Source of the DNA: Methanobacteriota archaeon
GTDB taxonomy: Archaea > Halobacteriota > Halobacteria > Halobacteriales > Haloferacaceae
Direction of reading: 5' to 3'
Length of the DNA: 56,630 bases
Assembly: GCA_051745525.1 (NCBI GenBank)
Contig: JBNJEE010000001.1
Coordinates: 1-56,630 of the forward strand
Both the position numbers and the translations under genes were made by a program. Positions within the stretch are counted from its first letter, which is position 1. Each line of letters opens with the position of its first letter. Of this stretch, positions 10,724-19,522 are shown piece after piece. Under the pieces are notes generated by a model. That model ran no database searches. It saw only the letters and a list, made by a program, of their open reading frames with translations, and was not told the DNA's origin.

Positions 10724-11908
10724 ATGCGCGGAATCAAGGTGGGGAGCGCGTTCGGCATTCCGATCAGGCTCAACTGGACCTTCCTGATCGTCTTACCGCT
10801 GTTCGCGTACCTCATCGGCGGACAGGTGGGAGAGATCGCCGAGGTGATGAACGAGGTCGCCGGCCTCGGGATCGACGCGACCGCCGTCGCCGCCGGCAAC
10901 ACCCCGTGGATCCTCGGGCTGTCGGCCGCAGTGGGGCTGTTCGTCGGGGTGTTGCTCCACGAGTTCGGCCACTCGCTGGTCGCCATGCGCTACGGCTACG
11001 AGATCGAGTCGATCACGCTCTGGCTGCTCGGCGGGCTCGCCAGCTTCGCCGAGTTCCCCGAGGACTGGAAACACGAGTTCTGGATCGCGATCGCCGGCCC
11101 GCTCGTCAGCGTCGCGGTCGGGGTCGCCTGCTACGGGGTCGTCCTCGTCGGGACGGGCGGCTCCGACGCCCTCCTCTTCGTGTTCGGCTACCTCGCGCTG
11201 TTGAACGTCGTCCTCGCCGGTTTCAATATGCTCCCCGCGTTTCCGATGGACGGCGGGCGGGTCCTCCGGGCGCTACTCGCGCGGAACCAGCCGCACGCGC
11301 AGGCGACCCAGCGAGCCGCCGCCGTGGGGAAGGTGTTCGCATTCCTGATGGGGATCATCGGGCTGTTCACGTTCCAGCTGCTGCTCATCGTGCTGGCCTT
11401 CTTCATCTACATCGCCGCCTCCGGCGAGGCCCAGCAGACGACGCTGAAGGCCGCCTTCGAGGGCGTCACCGTCACGGACATCATGACACCCCGCGAGGAG
11501 CTCCACACGGTGACCGAGGACACCTCCGTCGCCGACCTGATGGGCCGGATGTTCGAGGAGCGTCACACCGGCTACCCCGTCCTCGACGGCGAGGAGCTCG
11601 TCGGGATGGTCACCTTAGAGGACGCGCGTTCGGTCCGCGAGGTGGAGCGCGACGCCTACCGCGTCGACGACGTGATGGCGACCGACCTCGTCGCCGCCGA
11701 CCCCGACGCGGACGCCCTGACCGCGCTCCAGACCATGCAAGAACACGGCGTGGGGCGGCTCCCCGTGGTCGACGCCGACGGCGAACTCGTCGGGCTCATC
11801 TCCCGGTCGGACCTGATGACCGCGTTCAACATCATCCAGACCGGCGGTACCCCGGGCGTCGTCAGCGGCCGGCGACAGGCGGCGGGCGACGAACCGCGGA
11901 TCCTCTAA
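10724..11908 (+). CDS. Site-2 protease (M50) with C-terminal CBS pair
   Basis: LLHEFGH, FNMLPAFPMDGGR, two CBS repeats. Confidence 0.94.
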   Translation: MRGIKVGSAFGIPIRLNWTFLIVLPLFAYLIGGQVGEIAEVMNEVAGLGIDATAVAAGNTPWILGLSAAVGLFVGVLLHEFGHSLVAMRYGYEIESITLWLLGGLASFAEFPEDWKHEFWIAIAGPLVSVAVGVACYGVVLVGTGGSDALLFVFGYLALLNVVLAGFNMLPAFPMDGGRVLRALLARNQPHAQATQRAAAVGKVFAFLMGIIGLFTFQLLLIVLAFFIYIAASGEAQQTTLKAAFEGVTVTDIMTPREELHTVTEDTSVADLMGRMFEERHTGYPVLDGEELVGMVTLEDARSVREVERDAYRVDDVMATDLVAADPDADALTALQTMQEHGVGRLPVVDADGELVGLISRSDLMTAFNIIQTGGTPGVVSGRRQAAGDEPRIL

Positions 11909-11980
11909 TTCTGCGCTCGGCGGACACAACCGGCCTCCCCCGGCGTGGGGTATATACGCGGCAACGACCTACCTCGGTGC

Positions 11981-14032
11981 GTGACAACCCGGACCATCCG
12001 CGCCCGCGACCGGCCGGTGTTCGGCGTCGACGTCCACAGCGGCGACGTCCGCGGCGACAGCCCCTCTTACGCCCTCGTCATCTTGGACCCCGTCGACGAG
12101 GACGACCCGGACGCCCCGGACGCCGACGGCCCGATGGCTCGGGTCACCCGCGACGTCGTCTCCTTCCGGAAGCTCTGCCGACTGATCGACGACCGCGAAC
12201 CCCTCTACGTCGCCACCGACAACGCCTACGAGCTGGCGGCGGACAAAAACGAACTCGTCGGGTTCCTCCGGTCGCTTCCGGACGGCACCCGACTCGTCCA
12301 AGTGACCGGCGCGGAGCGCCCGGAGCCGCTCTCGCGGGTCGCCTCCCGGCACGGGATCCCGTACGGGAAGAAGCCGATGAAGGAGGCGGAGGCGGCCGCG
12401 CGGCTCGCGGCGGCCAACGTCGGCCACGAGGTGACCGCGTTCACCGACGAGACGCGGGTGAAGGTGTCCCGCGGGCGCTCGACCGGAAAGGGCGGGTGGA
12501 GCCAAGACCGCTACACCCGACGGATCCACGGCAACGTCCGGAAGCGGACGCGACAGGTCCAGTCGAAGCTGAAGGAGGCGAACCTCGACTTCGAGCGCAA
12601 CGTGACCGAGAAGTACGGCGGCTACGCGAACGCGACGTTCGCGGTCGAGGCCCGCCCGGAGGACATCCCGGTCTCGAACTCGCGGGCCGGCGACGTGCGC
12701 GTCGAGGTCGAGCGCGAGCGCCGCGACGGCATCGAGTACGAGCCGCTCGTGAAGCGGCGCGACCGCGTCATCGTCGGGATCGACCCCGGGACGACCACCG
12801 CGGCCGCGGTCGTCGGCCTCGACGGCACCGTCCACGCGCTCTACTCCTCGCGGACCGGCGACACCGCCGCGGTGACCGAGTGGATCGTTGAGCAGGGGCG
12901 CCCGATCATCGTCGCCGCCGACGTGGAGCCGATGCCGGAGACGGTCGAGAAGTTCCGGCGCTCGTTCGACGCCGCGGGGTGGAAGCCCACGACGGACCTC
13001 CCGGTTGACGAGAAGCTCCACCGGACCCGCGAGGCGAGCTACGCGAACGACCACGAGCGCGACGCGCTCGCGGCCGCGCTGTACGCCTACGACGACCACG
13101 AGGACCAGTTCGAGCGGATCGCGGCGAAGACGCCGCCGCGGCTCGACCGCGAGGCGGTGATCGCCGGTGTCGTCGCGGGCGAGTCGTCGGTCGAGGCCGT
13201 CATTGAGGACCTGAGCGAGGACGAAGGCGACGAGGGCGACGGTGGCGGGGACGAGGCCGAGGGCGACCCAACCGAGCCCGAGCGCACCGAGGAAGAGGAG
13301 ACGATCCGGCGGCTCCGCGAGCGCGTCGACCGGCTGGAATCGCACGCCGAGTCGCTCGAAGACGACCTCGACGAGCGCGACGACCGGATCGCGGAGCTTG
13401 AGGGGGAGTTAGAGGAGGCGAAACGCGAGGAGCGCATCGAGGCGCGCACCCGGAGAGCGGTCTCGCGGCTGGAACGCGAGACGGACCGGCTGGAGCGCGA
13501 GCGCGACGAGGCCCAAGAGCGCGTCGAGGACCTCGAACGCAAGGTGGAGACATTAAAGGAGCTGTGGCGGCTCGACCACTCGAACTTCGGCGACGTCGCG
13601 GCGGGGCGAGGCCTCGTGAGCGTGAAGGTCGTCGAGCAGTTCACGCTCGACGCGCTCGATGCCGCCGACGAGGCGTACGGGCTCGTCGCCGGCGACGTGG
13701 TTTTCCTCCGGGACGCGTCGGGGGCCGGGCGTCGAACCGCCGAGCGGCTCGCAGAGGCGGAGCCGCGGGCGGTGATCCGCGGTGAGGGGAACCTCTCGGA
13801 CGTGGCCGACGCGGTGCTGTTCGAGCGCGGCGTGCCGGTGGTGCCCGCGGACGCGGTGCCGGTCCGCGAGGTGGACGAGCTGGCGGTCGCGAGCGAGGAG
13901 GACCTCGCCGCCGCCGTCGGCGACTGGGAGGAGAAGGCCGAGGAGCGCCGGCGCGACCAGAAAGCCGAGCGGATCGACCGGATCATCTCCGAACACCGGG
14001 CGGGGCGGACGCTGCCCGAGACCGAGGAGTGA
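11981..14032 (+). CDS. DUF460 protein (RNase H-like folds plus coiled coil)
   Basis: VFGVDVH, GKGGWSQDRY, IVGIDPGTT, NDHERDALAAA, long E/R coiled coil; GTG start 11981 inferred. Confidence 0.85.
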   Translation: MTTRTIRARDRPVFGVDVHSGDVRGDSPSYALVILDPVDEDDPDAPDADGPMARVTRDVVSFRKLCRLIDDREPLYVATDNAYELAADKNELVGFLRSLPDGTRLVQVTGAERPEPLSRVASRHGIPYGKKPMKEAEAAARLAAANVGHEVTAFTDETRVKVSRGRSTGKGGWSQDRYTRRIHGNVRKRTRQVQSKLKEANLDFERNVTEKYGGYANATFAVEARPEDIPVSNSRAGDVRVEVERERRDGIEYEPLVKRRDRVIVGIDPGTTTAAAVVGLDGTVHALYSSRTGDTAAVTEWIVEQGRPIIVAADVEPMPETVEKFRRSFDAAGWKPTTDLPVDEKLHRTREASYANDHERDALAAALYAYDDHEDQFERIAAKTPPRLDREAVIAGVVAGESSVEAVIEDLSEDEGDEGDGGGDEAEGDPTEPERTEEEETIRRLRERVDRLESHAESLEDDLDERDDRIAELEGELEEAKREERIEARTRRAVSRLERETDRLERERDEAQERVEDLERKVETLKELWRLDHSNFGDVAAGRGLVSVKVVEQFTLDALDAADEAYGLVAGDVVFLRDASGAGRRTAERLAEAEPRAVIRGEGNLSDVADAVLFERGVPVVPADAVPVREVDELAVASEEDLAAAVGDWEEKAEERRRDQKAERIDRIISEHRAGRTLPETEE

Positions 14033-14185
14033 GCGCAGCGCGGGCGGTTCGGGACCGAGAAGTGACCGCGCCCCGAGCGGTTCGAGACCGAAGCGGAAGC
14101 GGCCGACGGCCGTGCTGGCCGCGCTCCGCGTGATCCGTCGGCACGCATCCAGAAGTCATATGTCCGGTAACGCACACTCGGAGGT

Positions 14186-15172
14186 ATGGACGCTCACGAG
14201 CTGATCACCCGGAACGCGGCCGAGGTGGTCACCGAGGAGGAGATCGAGGCGCTGGCCGACGACCCCGAAGGCAAGCGGGCGTACGTCGGCTACGAGCCCT
14301 CGGGCGTGCTCCACATCGGTCACATGCTCACCGCGAACAAGCTCATCGACCTCCAGGAGGCGGGCTTCGAGGTGACCGTGCTGTTAGCCGACGTACACGC
14401 CTACCTCAACGACAAGGGGTCCTTCGAGGAGATCCGCCACACCGCAGAGCGGATGCGCGACCAGTTCATCGCCTACGGGCTCGACGAGTCGAACACGCAG
14501 TTTGTGCTCGGCTCCGACTTCCAGCTCGACGACGACTACACGCTCGACCTCCACGCCTTAGAGCTTGAAACGACCCTCGCCCGCGCCGAGCGGGCGATGG
14601 CGGAGATCAGCTCGGGCGACTCGGTGAAGGTGTCGCAGGCCGTCTACCCGCTGATGCAGGCGCTCGACATCCCGTACCTCGGCGTCGACATCGCGGTCGG
14701 CGGGATGGAACAGCGGAAGGTCCACATGCTCGCGCGCGACGTGCTGCCGAGCATCGACCGCGAGCCGCCGACGAGCCTCCACACACCGCTTATCGCCGAC
14801 CTCGGCACCGGCCGCGGGAAGATGTCCTCCAGCGAGGGCGTCACCATCTCGATGGAGGACTCCCGCGAGGACATCGAGTCGAAGGTGAACGATGCCTACT
14901 GCCCGCCGACGGCCGACCCCGAACCGACCGACGAGGGCGCCGAGCGCGACAACCCCGTCCTCCAGGTGTTCGAGTACCACGTGTTCCCCCGGTTCGACGC
15001 GGTGACCGTCGAGCGCCCCGAGGAGTACGGCGGAAACCTGGAGTACGACGCCTACGACGACTTAGAGAGCGACCTGGAGTCCGGCGAGCTCCACCCCGCG
15101 GACGCGAAGGGCGCGCTCGCCGAGTACCTCGACCGCCTCATCGCACCGGGGCGCCAGCAGCTCGCGGAGTAG
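14186..15172 (+). CDS. tyrS: Tyrosine--tRNA ligase
   Basis: YVGYEPSGVLHIGH, YPLMQALD, GGMEQRK, KMSSS. Confidence 0.97.
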   Translation: MDAHELITRNAAEVVTEEEIEALADDPEGKRAYVGYEPSGVLHIGHMLTANKLIDLQEAGFEVTVLLADVHAYLNDKGSFEEIRHTAERMRDQFIAYGLDESNTQFVLGSDFQLDDDYTLDLHALELETTLARAERAMAEISSGDSVKVSQAVYPLMQALDIPYLGVDIAVGGMEQRKVHMLARDVLPSIDREPPTSLHTPLIADLGTGRGKMSSSEGVTISMEDSREDIESKVNDAYCPPTADPEPTDEGAERDNPVLQVFEYHVFPRFDAVTVERPEEYGGNLEYDAYDDLESDLESGELHPADAKGALAEYLDRLIAPGRQQLAE

Positions 15173-15178
15173 TCAACA

Positions 15179-15961
15179 TCATCCGGCGTTCGGCCCCTGT
15201 GCTTCCGGTTCTCCGCTCGTCGCGTACCCATCGTGCGGGCATGTCCCGTCCAGACAGCCCAGCCCAGCCGCCGTCTCGAAGAGGGGGAGCCCGCAGTCGC
15301 ACTCGTCGACGACGACGCCGGCCGGGAACGAGAAGGTGGTCTCGCAGTCGGGGTCGTTCTCGCAGCCGAGGTACACCCGGCCGGGCGCGAACCGGACCCG
15401 CAGGTCGCCCTCGCAGTCCGGACAGTCCCAGACCCTGTCGAACCGATCGCTGACCGCGTCCTCCATCGGGTCGCACGCGGGGTCGAGACAGAGGTGGAAC
15501 GGCTCGCCGCGCTCGACGCGGATCTTCGGGAGCCCGCAGTCGTCGCAGGTCGCGTCCGTCACGCTCGCGCCCGCCGGCAGCCCCCAGCGTTCCTCGCAGT
15601 CGAGACAGACCACGTCGCCGCGCGAGCGCACGAGCGGCCCGCCGTCGTCGGGACAGGTCCCGACCGGGACGCCCGCCTCGGTGACGGGGAGCGCCCGGCA
15701 CGCGGTCGCCTCCTCGGCGACCACCCGGAGCTGCCGGGAGCCGTCGCGGGCGGTGACGGTGAACCCGTCGCCGTCGCCCTCGACAACGACGCTTTCGGGT
15801 CGAGTGAGCCACGCGACGGGCTGGTAGCCGTCGGCGTCGTGGACGAGCGTTGTGTCGTCGGGCTTGATCATGACGACGACGCGCCCGCGATGGGTGCGGG
15901 TGCGGTCGCCGCGGTCGGTCACTGCGCAGTCGCCGGCGAGCACGCGGAGTCGTTGCGGCAT
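15179..15961 (-). CDS. NucS N-terminal-like domain fused to multiple topoisomerase-type C4 zinc ribbons
   Basis: IKPDDTTLVHDADGYQPVAWL followed by many Cys pairs (CPDDG, CLDC, CDDCG, CPDCE, GCENDPDC, CDCG). Confidence 0.75.
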   Translation of the reverse strand: MPQRLRVLAGDCAVTDRGDRTRTHRGRVVVMIKPDDTTLVHDADGYQPVAWLTRPESVVVEGDGDGFTVTARDGSRQLRVVAEEATACRALPVTEAGVPVGTCPDDGGPLVRSRGDVVCLDCEERWGLPAGASVTDATCDDCGLPKIRVERGEPFHLCLDPACDPMEDAVSDRFDRVWDCPDCEGDLRVRFAPGRVYLGCENDPDCETTFSFPAGVVVDECDCGLPLFETAAGLGCLDGTCPHDGYATSGEPEAQGPNAG

Positions 15962-16087
15962 GGGGCCGGTGGCCGCGGTATGGGTGAAAAGCGGTCGTTG
16001 CGGGGGTTTAAGAAGAATACGTGGCGGGTGGCGGTGAATGCTGAGAGTGTTGGAAGCGAGTGAATCGCTCTGACGCTCCGGTCGCTC

Positions 16088-16385
16088 ACTTATAAGTAAT
16101 CGATGCTGGATCGACGACGAACACCGCCAAAGCCCCAGCCGCGACGGCTCGGTGCGCTCGCTGCGGTCCTCGTCACTCGCTTCGCTCGCTCCTGCGGTCC
16201 TTGCGTCGCGCGCCTTCGCCCTCGCGGCTGCCCCTTTGAGTCCCGCCCCGCACGGCGCCTCACGCCTCCCCAGCCTCGTCAGTCGCCTCCGCTTCGCTCC
16301 GGCGACTGACTCCCTCGCGCGCGCGGTTCGCGGCCTGTCGGCCGCTCACCGGCACGCGCCACCGCCTCGTTTATTTATAAGCTAT
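16088..16385. repeat. Nested-hairpin intergenic repeat element
   Basis: Stems cagccgcga 16136-16144/16222-16230 and gtcagtcgcc 16278-16287/16301-16310, loops containing gcttcgc; TTATAAG near both ends. Confidence 0.6.
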
Positions 16386-16462
16386 CGACGCCATCGGTGT
16401 TGGCATTTAAATACCTCATCGCTGACGACAGTTCGCAAAATCGGGTTCAGACGCCGGCGAGC

Positions 16463-18805
16463 CTACTCCACGCGAACCGTCCGCGTCGCCGTGATGGGCA
16501 ACAGCGGGAGGTCCGGGAAGACGACCTCGACGATGAACTCCAGTTCATCGGCGTCGGGCGGACCGAACACGCCGACCGGGACGGTCGCCTCGCCGTCGAG
16601 GTACGTCGTCGTCGCAGTCATCTCCACGTCGTTGACGGTGACCCGGATCCCCGCGCGGGCGCTCCCGGAGACGGCGGTCACGGCGACCTCGCACAGCTCG
16701 TTCTCGCCGACGGCGATAGCCTCGGGGAAGGACCCCCAGTCGACGTCGATCCGGGGGCAGTCGCGCGCGGCGTCGACGACGCGCTCCGCGACGGAGCCGC
16801 TCATGCCGGCGTTTTCGAGTTCGCTCGCGCCGGCGTCGACGACCTCGGCGGGGGAGGTGAGGCCGGCGTCCGCGAGGCGCTCGGCGCGGCCGGAGCCGAC
16901 CCCCTCGATCGCCGTGAGCGCGACCGCCTCGCGGGAGACGCCGTGTTCGACGCGCGCCTCGACGCGCCGGGCGAGGTTGGCGGCGCGGGGGCCGGCGAAG
17001 CGGTCGAGGAACTCCGCGAGCGCGGCGAGCAGGCGGAGCGCGTTCTGTCGGATCACCCACGCGTCAGAGCGGAGGTCGGAGGGGATCGAATCAGCCATCC
17101 CCGCGAGCAGGATGGCGAACACCTTGCGGTGGCCGTCCTCCAACTCCGTGTCGTGACCGCCGAGAATTCGGTCGATCGCGTCCGACTCGGCCGACCGCGC
17201 CGAGACGGAGTCGAACTCACCTGCCGACGCGACGGTTGCTAACACCGAGTCGACCGTCAGCGTCTCGCGGTCCGCGAGGCGCCGGAAGCGCCGCGCGGTG
17301 TCGAGTCGAAGGTAGTACTTCGAGGCGAGCCGCCCCAGTCCGGTCGGCTCGATCGCGAGGTCGTCGTCGGCCGCGACGAACCCGTCGTCGACGAGCGATT
17401 CGAGGGTGTCGCGCACGCGGTCGCGGAGGGTCGGGAAGTCGTACGCGTCCGGCTCTGACCGCGCGCGAACGTAGTAGAAGGTCGTCTCGAGCCACGCCAT
17501 CACGTCCTCTAACCCCCGAATAGTCCCCATCGCGATCTCGGCGTTGAGATGCGACTCCAAGTCGGCCGCGAGCCGCGACTCGATCTCCTTGCCCTCGCGC
17601 AGCAGCTTCCGGTACTTGTCGGCGTCCGCGCGGTCGCAGACCACCCAGCCGTACCCCACGTCGTCGTACTCCGGGCGGCCCGCGCGCCCGAGCATCTGGA
17701 GCACGTCCAGCGGCGAGATGTCCGTCTCGCCCTCGAGCGGGTCGTGGTACTTCGTGTCGCGGATGACGACGCAGCGCGCCGGGAGGTTTACCCCCCACGC
17801 GAGCGTCGACGTCGAGAAGAGGAACTTGATTTTCCCCTGCTTGAACCACTCCTCGACGCGGTCTCGGTCGTCCTTCCCGAGGCCGGCGTGGTGGAAGCCG
17901 ACGCCGTCGGTGACCGACTGGCGGAGCGTGTCGTTGGTCAGCTCCTTCGCCTCGTTGTGGAAGTCGTAGTCGTTCCGCGAGTCGATCGGAATGTCGCGCT
18001 CGGTGATCTCGTCGCGCGCCTTCTTCGCGGCCTGGACCGTGTCCTGCCGCGAGGAGACGAACACGAGCGCCTGCCCGTCCTCGCGGACGTGCGGCTCGGC
18101 TAAATCGAGCGCGCGGTAGAGCCGTCGGTACTTGTCGGCGAACGCGTTCGACCCGTGCGAGTATGTCTTCACGCCGGTCTCTAACTCGACCGGGCGGTAC
18201 TCGTCGCCGAACGCGTAGGTCGTCTCCGCGGGGGCGTCTAGCCACTCCGCGACGTCGGCGATGTTCGGCATCGTCGCCGAGAGCGCGACGACGCGGGGGT
18301 CCTGGAGCCGTCGGAGCCGCGAGACGGTCACCTCCAGCACCGCGCCGCGCTTCTCGGAGTCGAGCAGGTGGACTTCGTCGATGACGACGCAGTCCACGTC
18401 GGTGATAAACGAGTAGCGCGCGGAGTCGTGCTTCCGCGTCGCGCTGTCGGCCTTCTCGGGGGTCGTCACCAGCACGTCCGCGCGTTCGGCGCGGCGGGGG
18501 TTCAGGTCGCGCTCGCCGGAGACGACGTAGACGGAGTAGCCCAGCTCCTCGAAGCGCTCCCACTCGCTCTCCTTCTCGTTGGTGAGCGCGCGCAGCGGCG
18601 CGATAAAGAGCGCGGTGCCGCCGGCGGCGAGCGTCTTACAGATGGCGAGCTCGGCGAGCGCCGTCTTCCCGGAGGCCGTCGGCGCCGAGGCGACGACGTT
18701 GTGGTCGGTCTCGAGGATACCGGGCAGCGCCTCCCGCTGCATCCGGTTGAACTCGTCGAACCCGAAGGCGTCGGCGAACTCCGGCACCGCGTCCGCGACC
18801 TTCAC
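16463..18805 (-). CDS. Ski2-like SF2 DExH helicase (Hel308/Brr2/Mer3-like) with HhH and C-terminal beta domain
   Basis: APTASGKT, DEVH, LSAT, FHHAGL, TLAWGVNLPA, QMLGRAGRP; IEGVGSGRAERL HhH; GTG start 18805. Confidence 0.92.
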   Translation of the reverse strand: MKVADAVPEFADAFGFDEFNRMQREALPGILETDHNVVASAPTASGKTALAELAICKTLAAGGTALFIAPLRALTNEKESEWERFEELGYSVYVVSGERDLNPRRAERADVLVTTPEKADSATRKHDSARYSFITDVDCVVIDEVHLLDSEKRGAVLEVTVSRLRRLQDPRVVALSATMPNIADVAEWLDAPAETTYAFGDEYRPVELETGVKTYSHGSNAFADKYRRLYRALDLAEPHVREDGQALVFVSSRQDTVQAAKKARDEITERDIPIDSRNDYDFHNEAKELTNDTLRQSVTDGVGFHHAGLGKDDRDRVEEWFKQGKIKFLFSTSTLAWGVNLPARCVVIRDTKYHDPLEGETDISPLDVLQMLGRAGRPEYDDVGYGWVVCDRADADKYRKLLREGKEIESRLAADLESHLNAEIAMGTIRGLEDVMAWLETTFYYVRARSEPDAYDFPTLRDRVRDTLESLVDDGFVAADDDLAIEPTGLGRLASKYYLRLDTARRFRRLADRETLTVDSVLATVASAGEFDSVSARSAESDAIDRILGGHDTELEDGHRKVFAILLAGMADSIPSDLRSDAWVIRQNALRLLAALAEFLDRFAGPRAANLARRVEARVEHGVSREAVALTAIEGVGSGRAERLADAGLTSPAEVVDAGASELENAGMSGSVAERVVDAARDCPRIDVDWGSFPEAIAVGENELCEVAVTAVSGSARAGIRVTVNDVEMTATTTYLDGEATVPVGVFGPPDADELEFIVEVVFPDLPLLPITATRTVRVE

Positions 18806-19044
18806 GGCACACCACACCCGTGCGCGAGTCGTCGGGAACCGCGGCTGTGTCGCATCGGATCGAAAGGGGGGCTTCGAGGGCAAAGGCGTTTCTCATGCGG
18901 CCGCGACGAGCGAGAGACAGTCGCGAGTGCGAGCGGAGGCGCTCACCGTGCCCTGTGAGATCGCCGCGAACCGCGAGGTCGCCACGGGGCGAAGCGTCGC
19001 CGCAGACCCACACCGTTTAGGCGGCCCCGGCCGACCGCACGGGT

Positions 19045-19407
19045 ATGATTCCAACGTCGCCGCTCGTCCTCGGCATCGCCGTCGCGGTCGCGGTGCTCGC
19101 GCTGTTCGTACTCGCTCGCCGACTCCGCGGTCCGTCCCCCGCCGCGCGCGAGTCGAAACGTGCCCACGACGCGGCCCAGAAACGCGAGCCGCCGGTCGAG
19201 ATCGGCGAAACCTACGAGTTCGGCGTCACCGAGCTCACCGACCACCACTCCGGCGAGGAGGTCGCCGTCGGCAAGGTCGAGGGGTTCGTCCTCTTCACCG
19301 AGGACATCCCCGGCGAACTCGAACCGGGCGACGTGGTCCGCGCGAAGGTGCTCTCGTTCAACGAAGGCCGTACCTCCGCCGACGCGACGTTCGTCGGACG
19401 CGCGTAG
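19045..19407 (+). CDS. Membrane-anchored TRAM/OB-fold-like protein
   Basis: N-terminal TM helix then AVGKVEGFVLF...PGDVVRAKV. Confidence 0.75.
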   Translation: MIPTSPLVLGIAVAVAVLALFVLARRLRGPSPAARESKRAHDAAQKREPPVEIGETYEFGVTELTDHHSGEEVAVGKVEGFVLFTEDIPGELEPGDVVRAKVLSFNEGRTSADATFVGRA

Positions 19408-19522
19408 TCGGGGGCGTAGAGGGGGCGTGGCGGGAGCGTGACGGGGCTTCCCACCCGCGCCGCGCGACCACGTTCGCTCCGAACCGGAGGTTCATACGTG
19501 ATGCCGACGAAGTGGTGTCGCA

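Noticed and set aside
16152-17156. ORF beginning in the hairpin repeat
   Set aside because: Low-complexity translation of the repeat, then antisense to the helicase
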